Assembly (NCBI GenBank): GCA_951406725.2
Contig: OX597831.1
Coordinates: 83,390,001 to 83,454,000 of the forward strand
Length of the DNA stretch: 64,000 nt
Source of the DNA: Octopus vulgaris
Lineage: Eukaryota
Direction of reading: 5' to 3'
In this document: positions 26,701-40,368 of the stretch, piece by piece
Position numbering within the stretch: the first letter of the stretch is position 1
How the letters are laid out: each line of letters begins with the position of its first letter
The notes under the pieces: model-generated
The model's database searches: none
What the model saw: the letters and a program-made list of their open reading frames with translations, nothing else
Told to the model about the DNA's origin: nothing
Translations under genes and position numbers: made by a program

Positions 26701-27325
26701 ATGTACCAAAATCTAACCATTTAAAACTTAAATAAAGACGAGGAACATGGCCAATCTTGTTTAGCGAAATAATGTCTGATTGCTGAAGAGATTGAAAGAA
26801 AAAGCGAAAAGGACCAAAACTGAATCAAAAATACAATTTCAGTAAAGTGAGCGAATAAAGAAAAGTATTTAAGAGGAAATAGATTACGAATTGGTTCCAC
26901 AAATTGAAGGAGTTTAACACTTTGGATGTGAAGAGGTTCAAACATGGCTATTAATAATATAGCATAACACGAAAATAGAAGAATTTATTTACATGAAATT
27001 CTCGAATATTCTCTGCAAGTGAAGCAGGGAAAAGAAAATAGGAAAAACAAAATATGAAATTTTAAAATTAACCGCAAATATAATAAATATTATGCAAGAG
27101 AAAGAAACAAGAAACCAACTTTATCGAGTTTCGAAGCACAAATTGATGCGATAAAGAATAATTACAAAGAATTTCGTTTCAAATTTTATTCCATTTTCAT
27201 ATTCTACCCCTCCCCTCGTTTTATTGTAGACTTTCTTTAAAATTATATTTATTTTCTCATTTTCCTTCCAGCTTCAAATTTCGTGGCGCTATCGTTTCCT
27301 CTTCATTCTCTCCCTCCTCTCTTTC

Positions 27326-27386
<61 letters not shown>

Positions 27387-27750
27387 CTATGTAAGGATGT
27401 TGTGTGTGTCTGACCGCCTGTACATATACATGTAATCAAACAAACATACATTTATAGATATACACGCACCTATATACATATTCTTTGATTTCGTGGTGCT
27501 GCAGCACCGCCTTATTTTTGCTTTTCTTCATATATTACACATTTTTTTATACATACACACAGGTGTAATTTTCTGCTCACATAGATGTATTCACATATAT
27601 ATTACTCTCTCTCTCTCTCTCTCTCTCTTTTTCACACAGACTCTCTCTCCTTCTCTTTATCTTTCCCCCTCTCTCTTTCTCTCTCCTCTCTCTCACGCGT
27701 TTTCGACTCCATACCCGCCAAAGTGTCCACATACTACGACCTTTCTCTCT

Positions 27751-27789
<39 letters not shown>

Positions 27790-28197
27790 ACACATCCTCT
27801 CTCTATCTTTCTTTCCTGCAATTTTTCCATTCTCCCTTTCTTATGCGTATAGACTCCCTCACTCTGCAACGCGCGCGCACACACGACACACACGCACACA
27901 CACGCACACACACACACACGCACACACACACACACACTCACACTTACGCATCCTTTTACCCTTTCCCTCTCTCACTGTTATTTTAATTTACTTTGATAGT
28001 TTGCTGCTCCCTCCTATGCTCCCTCTCCTCACTCTACACAACTCTCTTTCTCTTTCAACCTTCCCCCTCTTCTCCTCTTCCCAACACATTTTCTATTTCC
28101 CTTCCACTGTCACCGTTCTCTACTTTGAACATTTCCTTTATCCATTATTTACATTATTTACATTTGACAGATATTTGTCCTCATCTTGTTTGTTGTT

Positions 28198-28242
28198 AAC
28201 ACAACGTTTCGGCTGATCTACCCTCAGCCTTCTTCAGGTGTC
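28198..28242 (-). ncRNA. Minimal type-I hammerhead ribozyme motif within a PLE pseudo-LTR-like repeat (~28140-28290)
   Basis: Minus strand: GACAC CUGAAGA A GGCUGA GGGUAGA UCAGCC GAAA CG UU GUGUU. CUGANGA/GAAA intact, one extra A, 6-bp stem II, ACGU palindromic stem III, GUU triplet. Confidence 0.78.
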
Positions 28243-28309
28243 TTGGGGAAATTTCGAACCAGGGTTCTCATTCCTAAGGTATTTTTCGATGTTCTTGTTA
28301 TTGTTGTTG

Positions 28310-28379
<70 letters not shown>

Positions 28380-28384
28380 CTTTT

Positions 28385-29290
28385 TTGTAGATGACATTGT
28401 AAATTGTTTTAGCGACAACATCGTGCCGACATTTTAGGACAGCCGCTAATTACATACGTGATGTCTTCCACAGAAACATGACATAGCCTACACATGCGGT
28501 TGCACCTTGGGATTACAAGAGCGTCACTGTCTCTCTTGTTCACCAGGTGTACTTTGTGGCATTCTCCGCCAGGAAAATATCTTTCTGTCAGAGATTCTTA
28601 CATTTCTTTCAAACCTAAGCACCGCTTCTTCCACTTCTGTACTAATAGAACGGCCCACTCAACCTCACCCCACTCCATAACAGTTATAAAAAAATACACT
28701 ACACTCTCTCGTCGATGATGTAAACTCATCGAGTGATGTGATGTACATTAGGTACAGTGAAAGGCCTATTGATTTTGGCCAATGTACTGCAAGTAAGATC
28801 AATATATCTTAACATTTAGAGAGAGATTTCTGACATACAAGCTGCGAAACTATAGGTTTATGGTGTATGAGTTCAGAATATGAAACTCACCTCCAATCGT
28901 TTGAAGTTTCTGTGTCAAAGGCGCGTCTTGCATTAGGAAATGGGGAGACCCTTCATCTCGTTATAGCAAAAAATAGTGCCATAGAAAGGCACCACCAAAG
29001 ATATCGAAGTCGTGAAGGTGTATCAAGCTTAAGAAAACCCAAATTCTCCAAAATGTATTCCCAGATGGACTTGAATCCAATTCTTCAAACTGATAAAACA
29101 TTCTTCAATTATACAGTGTTCCTAACTTCTGTTTTTGATTCTTGTTTCCTATTATGTCGATTGAAACTTTTGATAGGTCAGTGCTACTGTCAAGAACTGT
29201 AACGTTTCAAAATGAGAACAAACCATCGCCAAACTTGGCAGTAATCCTGCCAGCTTCGATTCCACATTATGGTCTCGGATTAGTCAATGT
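28385..29290 (-). mobile_element. Old, decayed R4/Dong-like fragment
   Basis: Minus strand near 28510-28400 reads CRLCHVSVEDITYVISGCPKMS../RHDVVAKTIYN. It abuts (TTA)n at 28313-28379. The upstream part is only weakly recognisable. Confidence 0.6.
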
Positions 29291-29370
29291 AATGTCGGCT
29301 AAATTCACACACACACACACACACACACACAAGTATGCACACACACACACACACACACACACACAAGTAT

Positions 29371-29402
<32 letters not shown>

Positions 29403-29577
29403 GTATGCACATTCACACTGATTACTATTTAACAAAATAAAGACGTTGATGACATGAAGTCTTTTAAGAATATAAAAGACTACAGGAATATAGAGAAATA
29501 TTGAAACACAAAGGAATACAGGAATATATAGGAATATTGGAATATATAGGAGTATACAGGAATATATAGGAGTATAC

Positions 29578-29664
29578 AGGAATTTGAACTCAGAACGTAG
29601 CGGCAGACGAAATACCGGAAAGCATTTCGCCGACGTGCTAACGATTCTGCCAGCTCGCCGCCTT
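29578..29664 (-). mobile_element. tRNA-related SINE 5' fragment (same family as 41097-41271)
   Basis: ggaatttgaactcagaacgta...gctaacgattctgccagctcgccgcc is shared with 41185-41270. Confidence 0.8.
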
Positions 29665-29888
29665 CGAAATATTTTAATATTAACGAATGATGGAATATAT
29701 TTTGTCAGGCAAATCATAAAATAGAAACATAAAATATATTAATTCTAATGAATAGCAGCGAATAATTAATTAGTTGAGATGGATCACTCCCTACATTTGC
29801 AACGTCTTCGTTAAATTCTGTATTAACACACACACACGCACATACACACACGCGCGCACACACAGAGACACACACACACGCACACACA

Positions 29889-29925
<37 letters not shown>

Positions 29926-30894
29926 TGTTTTTACCAGAACGAAGCTTTACTGGGAACATCTGTAGGTTGTACATGAATTAGCTGATATTTTGTCATCAAT
30001 GTGGAATATTTGAAACGAAAGAGTTTGTCTTCAGTGATACAATTGCGCTAAAATAATAAATTAAAAAACATACTAAAAAAACAAAGACATTAAAAATCTC
30101 TTCGTTCGTAATAAATTGTAAAGATATGAAAGCGAAAACACGAAAAAAGAAACCAGCATCCATTGTGAAGTATTAATTTAATTGCAACAATAAAAGTTGC
30201 GATATTCACCACTCTGATGGCGAGACTTGTCGTGCCATGCTATCTATCCCGCGGTCTATATATGTGTGTCTCTCATGCAGAGGTTGGTGGTAGCACCTGC
30301 AAAACAAAAGGACACACGGACACACACACAAACGACTGGACAGGAAAACAAATAAAAACAGCAATCAGTAGCATGATTAGTCATAATATACAGCAACAAA
30401 ACTAAACTGGAAGATTTTTTTCAACTCTTGAATCGATATTTTAATTTTAATGGAATCAGTACATTTGGTACATTCCTTGACTTACGCTTGGTATAACCAA
30501 GTTTCAATGAAACCAATGTGTAGAAGCTGGCCATTGTTCACATAGTGTGTGTGTGTGAATATATTTATATGTATATATACAAAAGACACACATGTACACA
30601 CACACACACACAAACATACATTCACGTAGCTAATATGTAGTGAGGACCCACGGGCTTGCTTACATATTGAGTGCAAAGCCCCCATCCCCTCCAAATTCTT
30701 TAAAATCCGTCTGCTCGTCTCTGTCTTTCTCTCACTCACACGCGCGCGTGCGCACCCACCCACCCACTCACACACACACACTTACACACGCATACAGCAC
30801 GCACACATCTTTCTTAATCACTCTCTTCTTCCAACGGTATATCTCGAGTTTACAATATGTCTCATTCCCTAAATATATATATATATATATATAT

Positions 30895-30960
<66 letters not shown>

Positions 30961-30961
<1 letters not shown>

Positions 30962-31673
30962 TGTTTCTTTATTAGCCACACAGGGCTGCACACAGACAGG
31001 ACAAAATTACAAGGTAGAGCTTTTCTTTTGGGGGTAAAAGAAGGGGATTTGGTTTTCAATCAAAAGGGATCGTAAATGGAAAGAAAGAGGACAAAAAAGG
31101 GGGGGATAAAATAAAATTTTAAAAAAAGGGGGAGGTGAGGAAAAGAAAGGGGAGGTAAGGAAAAAAAAGGGAAAGGAAAAAAATTGATCAATAGGGATCG
31201 TTATCACAGAAATGTCAATATGAAGTGTAAAGGGGAGGACAGGTGAGGTTTACCCGTGGAAAGAAAAGCCTACGGAAAAGACCACGGTAACCTCGGTCAA
31301 TGAAGTCACATGTTATATTTAATTTTTTTTTTTTCAAATAAGCAACTCTGTATTAATTTTTACGGTTTATAGAATCATAGTCAAGGTGGCTTCGTCATTC
31401 ATACGTGCCATCCTTGCTACATTCACCCATCTTTTTTTAAAACATTCACTAGACAAAACTTGCCTCTCTACTCTCACTTTCCTCTTCAAGTGATACTTGA
31501 AGAAGTTGATGAGAGATTGACCAGAGAGGAAAGTGTTTGTCTCTAATCCTTTCAGGCGCCTCCACCAGATACATTCTTTCGCCATAGCCACAGGTATGAT
31601 AAAAATAGCTCTTCCTTCCCGTTTGAAGGAAGGAGGCGTGACGATATTAACGATAGACTCGGCTGATAAACCG
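30961..31673 (-). mobile_element. Tx1/L1-like LINE 3' end within a (GATA)n microsatellite
   Basis: ORF 31367-31591 AKECIWWRR...FKKRW is an L1/Tx1-type ORF2 C-terminus. The 3' UTR ends AATAAAGAAACAT then (ATCT)n. (GATA)n flanks both sides (30897-30960, 31674-31745). Confidence 0.75.
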
Positions 31674-31746
<73 letters not shown>

Positions 31747-31840
31747 CGCACGTCTGCGTCTGTTTCCTCCTGTCTAAAAGCCGATGTTATTTATGCTGCG
31801 TCCCTTTATGTCCCGTGATATAGCAGTTCGATAAATAGAT

Positions 31841-32650
31841 CATCCTTCTGTCTTGTTAACTACCGTTCTATTGTCATCTCTTCCATCACTTCAAAGGTGA
31901 TGTAGACAGCTATAAACGATAGCTTGTCCAACTCTTTAAATGCCGCCAGTGTGGTTTTAGCAAATCCAGATCTATTGAAGACGCCATCCTTCTACAAACT
32001 ATACACCTCATGGCGAATTTGCTATGACTCCATGAGCAAACCCCTTGAAAATACTTTCCAGTGAGGTCATTCCCATTTTGTTTCTCTCAACAGCCCAAAG
32101 TCATGATCCCGACATATAAATCAAACAGTGTCGCAATTAGAAGCCTCAAACTTGCTACAAATGCTGTTTCTAAATTCCCAATCATCTCCCTTTGTGAGCG
32201 TACATATCCAAAATAGCAAAGACCACATCACAAACACTGGTCTTCCTCATTGGAGCAAGAAAAATACCAAAGAAAATAAAAACCTTTACAAACCTCAGTT
32301 GGGCTCAAAATAGAGGAATGTTCCCACATCAGGGACACTGCTGCTGCTGCTACTACACGGAGAGTTGTCTTCTAATGCATCCAAAAAGGCCACTAAACTC
32401 ATTAGTTTGAAGTCATGCACCAACACAATCCAACCTCAGGCTCACAATCGAGCTCTCATGCCATTTATTGTTACCATAGCAACTCCTGTTTCTCGCAACT
32501 GCTTAACCTCATCGCATCATTCCTACGCAATCAATCTTCTCATTCCTTCCCTCCTCCTCCTCTGCACCATTCACTACACTAACCGCCGCAACAAGAATTC
32601 CTTACCCCAACAACCAGAACGCTCTACATGCCCATCTTTTCCTACTTTCC
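31841..32650 (+). mobile_element. Decayed CR1/Jockey-group LINE (RT and C-terminal fragments)
   Basis: YRSIVISSITSKVM, QCGF.KSRSIEDA and KKATKLI...IQPQAHNRA resemble CR1-type ORF2 (NYRPI..S..SKVME; QKKA.RLI...LQPL.HRR). Confidence 0.6.
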
Positions 32651-32671
32651 ACAGCGATGGTGAGGGGTCAA

Positions 32672-32702
<31 letters not shown>

Positions 32703-32713
32703 TCTATATATAT

Positions 32714-32872
32714 GACTGCCTTCTTTCAGTTTCCGTCAACCAAATCCAATCACAAGGCTTTGGTCGGCCCCCTAGGCTATAGTAGTAGACACTTGCTCAA
32801 GTTGCCACACAGTGGAACTGAACCCGGAACCATATCGCTGGTAAGTTAGTTACCACATAGCCACTCCTGCGC
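32714..32872 (-). mobile_element. tRNA-derived SINE (5' part), same family as 8823-8985
   Basis: The reverse complement aligns with 8823-8985. Confidence 0.85.
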
Positions 32873-33058
32873 TTATTCTATTCTCTTATTGGTTTTAGCC
32901 GCTGGCGTCCGACCATGCTGAAGCAGCGCCTTCAAGCGTTTAATCGATCACATCAACAAACTCTATTTATCGAACTGCTATATCACGGGGCATAAAGGGG
33001 CGCAGCTTAAACAACATCGGCTTTTAGACAGGAGGAAACAGACGCAGACAAGCGTATA

Positions 33059-33186
<128 letters not shown>

Positions 33187-33853
33187 GAAAAGAGATGTGT
33201 AAATGTAAGTTTAAATATACATCTGTAAGCACACACATACATAGATGTGTATTTGTATGTAGATGATGCATACAGGACATAATTTTGTGGCAATTTCTTA
33301 CGAGCAAACTGATAGTTATTTTTTATGGAACCCAATAAGTCATTATAAAACTGTAAAATTGTATCTGCTTTATAGTGAAGAATGGCTTCCGTGCGGATTG
33401 TAATTTGATGTCAGAGAAAAATAATAGCAGAGTCTCGATAGGGAAATGTTCAAATATTTATGACTCGTCAGTAAAATCTCATGATTTTGCTGATATTTCT
33501 TGTTGATAATCCAATCTAATTGGAAAATTCGATCAGTTTAATTCCTATCCAGACACTGGAATCCTTAAAATGTTACAAACATGCGAGGGAATATGATCTC
33601 GATTGGTTGATCATTGTTATGAGAAGAGCATGTCATCAAAACTATTTATATGGCTTTTATCATATTCTCTGACTAAAGTACATAACACAGGGGGCACTAG
33701 ACAACAGCAACAGTAACTAGGATATTTGTTTTATTTGCCGCGAGAGCAGCAGCAAATACAAACATTATAATAATGTAGCTTACGAACTTAGTACGATACA
33801 AGCAACTAATATATAATGGTATCCACATATGTGAGCGCGTGTGAGTGTGTGTA

Positions 33854-34727
33854 GGAGGGGGAGCCCCAAAAAACCGGAGTTTTGCAATATTATTTTATTC
33901 ACTTAGTTTTACATGTTTACACTTTTATCGCCTTCAAAGTATTCTCCATTTGAAGCAACGCATCGGTCCAGACGCGTTTTCCACAGTTCGGAACAGTACT
34001 GGAACTCTGCGAAGTGATGGCTATTAACGCCTCCGTGGTTTTTTTTCTTCACCTCTTCCATATCTGCAAAACGTTTTCCTTTAAGAACTTTTCACATTCG
34101 GGAGAACAAAAAAAAAAAGAAAAATGTTGCAGTGAGCAAGATCGGGTGAATAGGGATGGTGGGCGTGCAGGGTCACGCATTCAGTCCTGACTGCTTTTGA
34201 TCTTCCGTGAGCAAGCAAGGCAAAAAATTTGCTGCAACTCTTTCATTCACAATTCCTCGCTCAAAATTCGTTGACGGGAAGGACTCCAGGACACACCATT
34301 CATATCAACAAGTCCGTCAATTGTTCGACCATTTTTTATGGTGTTTTCATTCGTTCGGGAGGTTGACGGTCGTCCTGAACGAGGTTGGTCTTCAAGCAAC
34401 AAGTGACCATTCCTAAAGCGTGAAAACCACTCGTAGACTTGTGTTTTACTCATGGCAGAGTCATTATAAGCTGTTTAAAGTTGGACAACTGTTTCGGTCC
34501 GTTTTCCCCAGCTGAAAAACAGAAGTTCACAGAAGCACGCTGTTCCTCTGTTTCAGCCTTCGCAAAAATCGCAAAGACAAACTACGTAGCAGTAGGACTT
34601 CACTCGACGACGCTGGTCGACAGACCGATGCCTGAGGGTGGCATCAGCTGACGTCTAGCGGCGGAAGCTTAAACTACAATGGGCTTGTCACACAGAACGT
34701 TTCCGGTTACTTTTGGGTACCTCATCG
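33854..34727 (-). mobile_element. Internally deleted mariner (Tc1/mariner) DNA transposon
   Basis: MSKTQVYEWFSRFRNG..LEDQPRSGRPST (HTH region) and HHPYSPDLA..LKGKRF (C-terminus). Imperfect TIRs ggagggggagccccaaaaaaccgga / tccggttacttttgggtacctcatcg. TA at 33852-33853 and 34728-34729. Confidence 0.9.
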
Positions 34728-35214
34728 TATACATGTGTGTGTGTGCGCGTGCGTAAGGCCATCATACACACAAACATAACACATACACTTACATATTAGA
34801 CTCAATCAGGAAATAAAAGAAACTGTCGATAAGCTTAGTAAGCAAGTTCGGTTTTATTGTTCGAGAGAAGGAGATCAACGTAGTCTGATTTAAAAGGGAA
34901 AGTCCTCGTCGATAATGTATCGGATGATATTGTAATGGTCACCCCCAGCGAAAACGGAGAATGGAGGTTGTGTTCGTTGTCTCGAAGGGGTTCGTATAAA
35001 GAGTTTTCGCTCAGACTAACGGCTCTGAGTTCACTGTAATCATGAGTTCACTGTTTACCATGGAAACGACTTACATTGATGATTACACGGCTGAGAATGA
35101 GAACCCATTCTGCACACATGAAACTGAGAGTAATGCGGAGCAGAACCAACCTCTTATTAAATACAATTGCAACGAAATGTTGCGCTACTTTCTAAGAATC
35201 ATAATATTGATTTG

Positions 35215-35395
35215 AACTTTTGGCGCATGGTGAGCAACGTCGGGGATAGGAGAGGAAGTCGATCACCCCAGTATTAAGCTGGTACTTGTTTTACCGATTC
35301 CGAAACAGAATTTAAACTCGGAATCTAAAGACGGACGAAATGCCGCTAAGCATTTTCCCCCACAGGGTAAAGATCCAGCTACCTCACTGCCTTTC
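35215..35395 (-). mobile_element. Diverged tRNA-related SINE (family of 41097-41271)
   Basis: ctggtacttgttttaccga...gaatttaaactcggaa.taaagacggacgaaatgccgctaagcattt. Confidence 0.7.
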
Positions 35396-35910
35396 GAAGA
35401 GACATTGTATTGCAACCTATAAACAAACACAGCGGTTTCGGCTTCTTCGTTTCTGTTATTTAGATTTTCGTGTCCCATAAATATTTCGCCAGGTTATTCT
35501 TGTCTCACAAGAAAAGTAATATTTGAATGTGTGTGTGTGATGTTTGAGTGTGTGGTGTTTGTGTGAGTATGTTATAAATATTTCTGTTTAGCTACGTATA
35601 TGTATGTATATGTAAGTGTGCATATCTTTATATGTGTGTGCATCTATGCGTCAGCTCTGCTGTTCCCAACACACACAAACTGAAGGCAACGCAAAGAAAG
35701 CAAATTGACGCACAAACAAAGAATCAGATGCAGTCGTCAAGAGAGAAACATTTGTGGAGAGGCAATGCTTCAATCAGGAGCTGCATCTGTCTTGCTCCGA
35801 TCTTCAATCGCTACTCAACAAACCATAATAATTATGAAAATTATTGGCACACATGCCATACATACTGACCACCTCCACAAAGAAAAAAGACATGACTACA
35901 ACATACACAC

Positions 35911-36543
35911 TATGTATGTATGCATGTATGTATGTATGTATGTATGTATGTATGTATGTATGTATGTATGTATGTATGTATGTATGTATGTATTGTATGT
36001 ATGTATGTATGTATTGTATGTATTGTATGTATGTATGTATGTATGTATGTATGTATGTATGTATGTATGTATGTATGTATGTATGTATGCATGCATGTAT
36101 GTGTGTGTATGTATGTATGCATGTATGTATGTATGTATGTGTGTTTGTATGTATGCATGTATGCATGTATGTATGTATGTGTGTGTATGTATGCATGTAT
36201 GTATGTGTGTGTATGTATGTATGCATGTATGTATGTATGTATGTATGTATGTGTGTGTATGTATGTATGTATGTGTGTGTATGTATGTATGTATGTATGT
36301 ATGTGTGTATGTATGTATGTAGGTATGTATGTGTGTATGTATGTATGTGTGTGTATGTATGTATGTGTGTGTATGCATGTATGTATGTATGTATGTATGT
36401 ATGTGTGTGTATGTATGTATGTATGTATGTATGTATGTATGTATGTATGTATGTATGTGTGTGTGTATGTATGCATGTATGTATGTATGTGTGTGTATGT
36501 ATGTATGCATGTATGTATGCATGCATGTATGTGTGTATACATG

Positions 36544-36577
<34 letters not shown>

Positions 36578-36742
36578 TGTATGTATGTATGTATGTCTGT
36601 ATGTGTGTATGTATGTATGTATGAATGTATGTGTGTATGTATGTATATATGTATGTATGTATGTATGTGTATATGTATGTATGCATGTATGTGTGTGTGT
36701 ATGTATGTATGCATGTATGTATGTATGTATGTGTGTATGTAT
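35911..36742. repeat. (TATG)n compound microsatellite
   Basis: Seen directly. Confidence 0.97.
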
Positions 36743-37242
36743 GTTAGTGTCAGGTCACTTTCGAGTGCTACTGGTAACATGTAACCCAGCACAACCTGTT
36801 GCATGATCGGGTCGTCGGCGACTAAACCGGCAACCCCACCAAGCTTGCTTGGTGAGGAAGGTGTTTATTGGACACCCTGCAGGATGAAAAACAAAACCCG
36901 TCAAAGGGCGGAGGAACCCTTGAGAGTCAACGGCCATCCAATAAATGTCTTAAGGATGTATCATGCGCGGGGACATAGAAATAATCGGACTGAATACCCG
37001 ATCGCGCGGTTAAACCATTGGGAGTGAAGGACTCCCAGCCTTTGTTAGGGCATCCCTCTAGGAGAAGGTAACTCGGGAAACTGGGATAACTCCAACATAA
37101 AACCTGCGGCTCAGTGGTTACCGATGATGTTGACTTGTTCTTCTTTTCGGATTATGGCTGCTGTTGCTTAGTGAAAAAAAACGATAACAACATTGATTAA
37201 GCTTCGTGCAATGGCCATACTCGATAACGAGAGGGCAGCCAC
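36743..37242 (+). mobile_element. ~500-bp non-coding element, probably an internally deleted or non-autonomous RTE-LINE derivative, embedded in (TATG)n
   Basis: GC-richer island with the RTE-5'UTR-like motif ttagggcatccctctaggagaaggtaactc (37044-37074) and several hairpins. No long ORF. Runs directly into (ATGT)n. Confidence 0.55.
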
Positions 37243-38258
37243 CATGTATGTATGTAAGCATGTATGTAAGTATGTATGTGTGTGTGTATGTATGTATGTA
37301 TGCATGTATGTGTGTATATGTATGTATGTATGTGTGTATGTATGCATGTGTGTATGTATGTATGTGTGTGTGTATGTACGTATGTATGTGTGTGTGTATG
37401 TATGTATGTATGTATGTATGTGTGTGCATGTACGTATGCATGTATGTATGTGTATATGTATGTATGTGTGTATGTATGATTGTATGTATGTATGTGCGTA
37501 TGTATGTATGTCTGTATGTATGTGTGTGTATGTAAGTATGTATGTATGTATGTGTGTATGTATTATGTATGTGTGTATGGATGTATGTATATATGTATGT
37601 ATATTTGTATGTGTGTGTATGTATGCATGTCTGTATGTCTATATGTATGTATGTATGTATGTGTATGTATGCATGTATGTGTGTATGTATGTATGTATGT
37701 ATGCATGTATATATGTATGTATGTGTGTATGTATGTATGTGTGTATGTGTGTATGTATGTATGTATGTATGGATGTGTGTGTATGTATGTATGTATGTAT
37801 GTATGTATGTATGTATGTGTGTATGTATGTATGTATGTATGCATGTATGTATGTATGTATGTATGTATGTGTGTATTTATGTATGCATGTATGTATGTAT
37901 GTATGTATGTGTGTGTATGTATGTATGTATGTATGTAAGTGTGTATGTATGTATGTGTGTATGTATGTATGTATGTATGTATATATGTATGTATGTATGT
38001 ATGTGTGTGTATGTATGTATGTATGTATGTATATATGCATGTATGTATGTATGTATGTATCTATGTATGTGTGTATGTATGTATGTATGTGTGTATGTAT
38101 GTATGTATGCGTGTGTGTGTATGTATTTATGTATGTGTGTATGTATTTATGTATGTATGTGTGTCTGTATGCATGTATGTATGTATGTATGTATGTGTAT
38201 ATGTATGTATGTGTGTGTGTATATGTCATTATGCGTGTGTGTGTGTGTGTGTGTGTAT
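37243..38258. repeat. (TATG)n/(TG)n degenerate microsatellite
   Basis: Seen directly. Confidence 0.97.
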
Positions 38259-39003
38259 GCGCCTCTATAAATCATAACTTTTTGGTTATTTTCTGACTTC
38301 TTCGAAATTCAAAAAATATCAAACGCCAAAATCTGTTCCAATTTGATGAATTTATCAATTTGAAGTAAAAACGAAACAACAAAAACAACAACAATGACTT
38401 TAAGAGGCTCACATCAGTCCTGAGTTTGCTAATCGATTATCGATTTGTGCCGTTGTTAAATCTATTCACTTATTGCCGTCAATTTGAAGTTGCTAATTCT
38501 AAATAATCTCATCTCTTATGCGATTTAGTAATGTATGAGTGTTTGTGTTTGTGTTTATGAGTTTGTGTGTGTCCGTGTCTGTGTGCGTGCGTGTCTGTGT
38601 GTGTCCGTGTCTGTGTGTGTGCGTGTGGGAGAGTATGTAAGTGTGGGCATGTGTTTGACTACGCGTATGTGTGTTTGGAAAGGTGGATATTCAAAATGTG
38701 ATAGTACTTTATTAGTATTAAGTATTTGAAATCTGCTGATTTGATTATTGAATTGTACAAACAGTGTAATAAATCTTTCAAGTTGTCCCTGATTCTAGCC
38801 TTCCATGTGCAAAGTCAACAACAACTGCTCGAATTCTTGGAGTTATCATATAGTGAGGTTTCGTTGTATACAGGCGGTCGATCTGTGGCTGACATAACTA
38901 AATTTTGAAACATTTATACTCCCAGGTCAGGCGCTCTTGCCAGCTCACGTCACGTCGGGATACACAGATGCGTATTGCAGAGAGATTGGAACGGCGCTGC
39001 TGA

Positions 39004-39035
<32 letters not shown>

Positions 39036-39549
39036 AATTCTATATTCTACTACAAAATACAGCTGTAGATTGCTGCTATAACTATAGAAGACAGATGTAA
39101 ACAGCGTCTCTTCATCTACAATGTATGTATTCAGATTAGAAGAAAGGCGAACCAACCGGACTAGTTTCAATCTAGTTTCAGGATTTTATCAACGACAGAC
39201 TACCTTTCTCTTACTGTGCACAAGGACATTGTTTAGATAGGCACTGTCTGAAGACTTAAATAGATTGACTAATGGGTCACACACACTGTTGGCAGTGAGT
39301 TCCACGAATAAATTATTGGCTAATAAGCGTTATGTGTCAGTTAACAGAGAGTTGTGGCCCTGTTATACAACAGAAGAGAGATATTAGTCAATGTTATGTG
39401 TAATAGACACACAAACACACACACAAACAAACAAACAAACACACATGTAAATGTCATATATTATCGTATTTTGGCAGAGTATTATTATCAACGCCCATAG
39501 GCACACCTGTTGCTGGACACACCTGCATTAGTAAACTGTAACAATAGCT

Positions 39550-39738
39550 GACATAGTATGGCAATAAGCATTGACATAATATGGATATACACACTTATGG
39601 ATTATGGTTATACATACTGATACAGTATGGCTATACACACTGATATAGTATAGCCGTACACACTGGTATATTAGGGCTGTATATACTGATATAGTATAGC
39701 CAATGGCTATACACACTGATACAGTATGATCATACTCT
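39550..39738. repeat. Minisatellite, ~23-bp unit (consensus about gatatagtatggctatacacact), about 8 degenerate copies
   Basis: Repeated gatacagtatggctatacacact / gatatagtatagccgtacacact units. Confidence 0.85.
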
Positions 39739-40232
39739 ATCAGGGTAAAGACAAAGTATCGCTGGTGTAATCAGAACCAAATGACCTCTTCAGTATTCTA
39801 TCGATTCAACTTGTTCTACTGCGGAGTTCAGAAGGCCTGTACGTCACTTTTAGTTTTTGTATAACTTAGTCCATTCCCAGACTTTTTGTAACCCCTTTGT
39901 CCAACATTTTGACGCATTAAAAGGTCCTGGGACCTGGAGAAAAACGAAGGAGGGTTATCATCATTACAATAACAACAACAACGGTGGTGACGATGTTACT
40001 GATGATGACAATGGTGACAATGATGATAATGATGATGATGATGATGATGATGACGATGGTGAATTGTGACAGAAGCTAATACCTGATATATGGCGATTTA
40101 TATATATATATATTATATAATGGCCCGCTTGACATTGTCTTCCGGCGGTCACGTTGACCATGTCAGGGACAATAGAGTTGAATTTGTAAAACATTAACCT
40201 GTGGCTGAGACGGCTACTACTTACTACTACTT

Positions 40233-40368
<136 letters not shown>

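Larger units (their letters stand above)
31745..33056. repeat. ~95-bp inverted repeat pair (31745-31839 / 32962-33056), each continuing outward into mirrored (GATA)n / (TATC)n
   Basis: The reverse complement of 31745-31839 aligns with 32962-33056 with only a few mismatches. Confidence 0.9.

Noticed and set aside
35705-38296. Multiple 200-367-aa MYVC/IHTY ORFs
   Set aside because: (TATG)n microsatellite artefacts.
39550-39738. Regular short repeats as a CRISPR array
   Set aside because: Degenerate head-to-tail units without unique spacers, in eukaryotic context with no cas genes.
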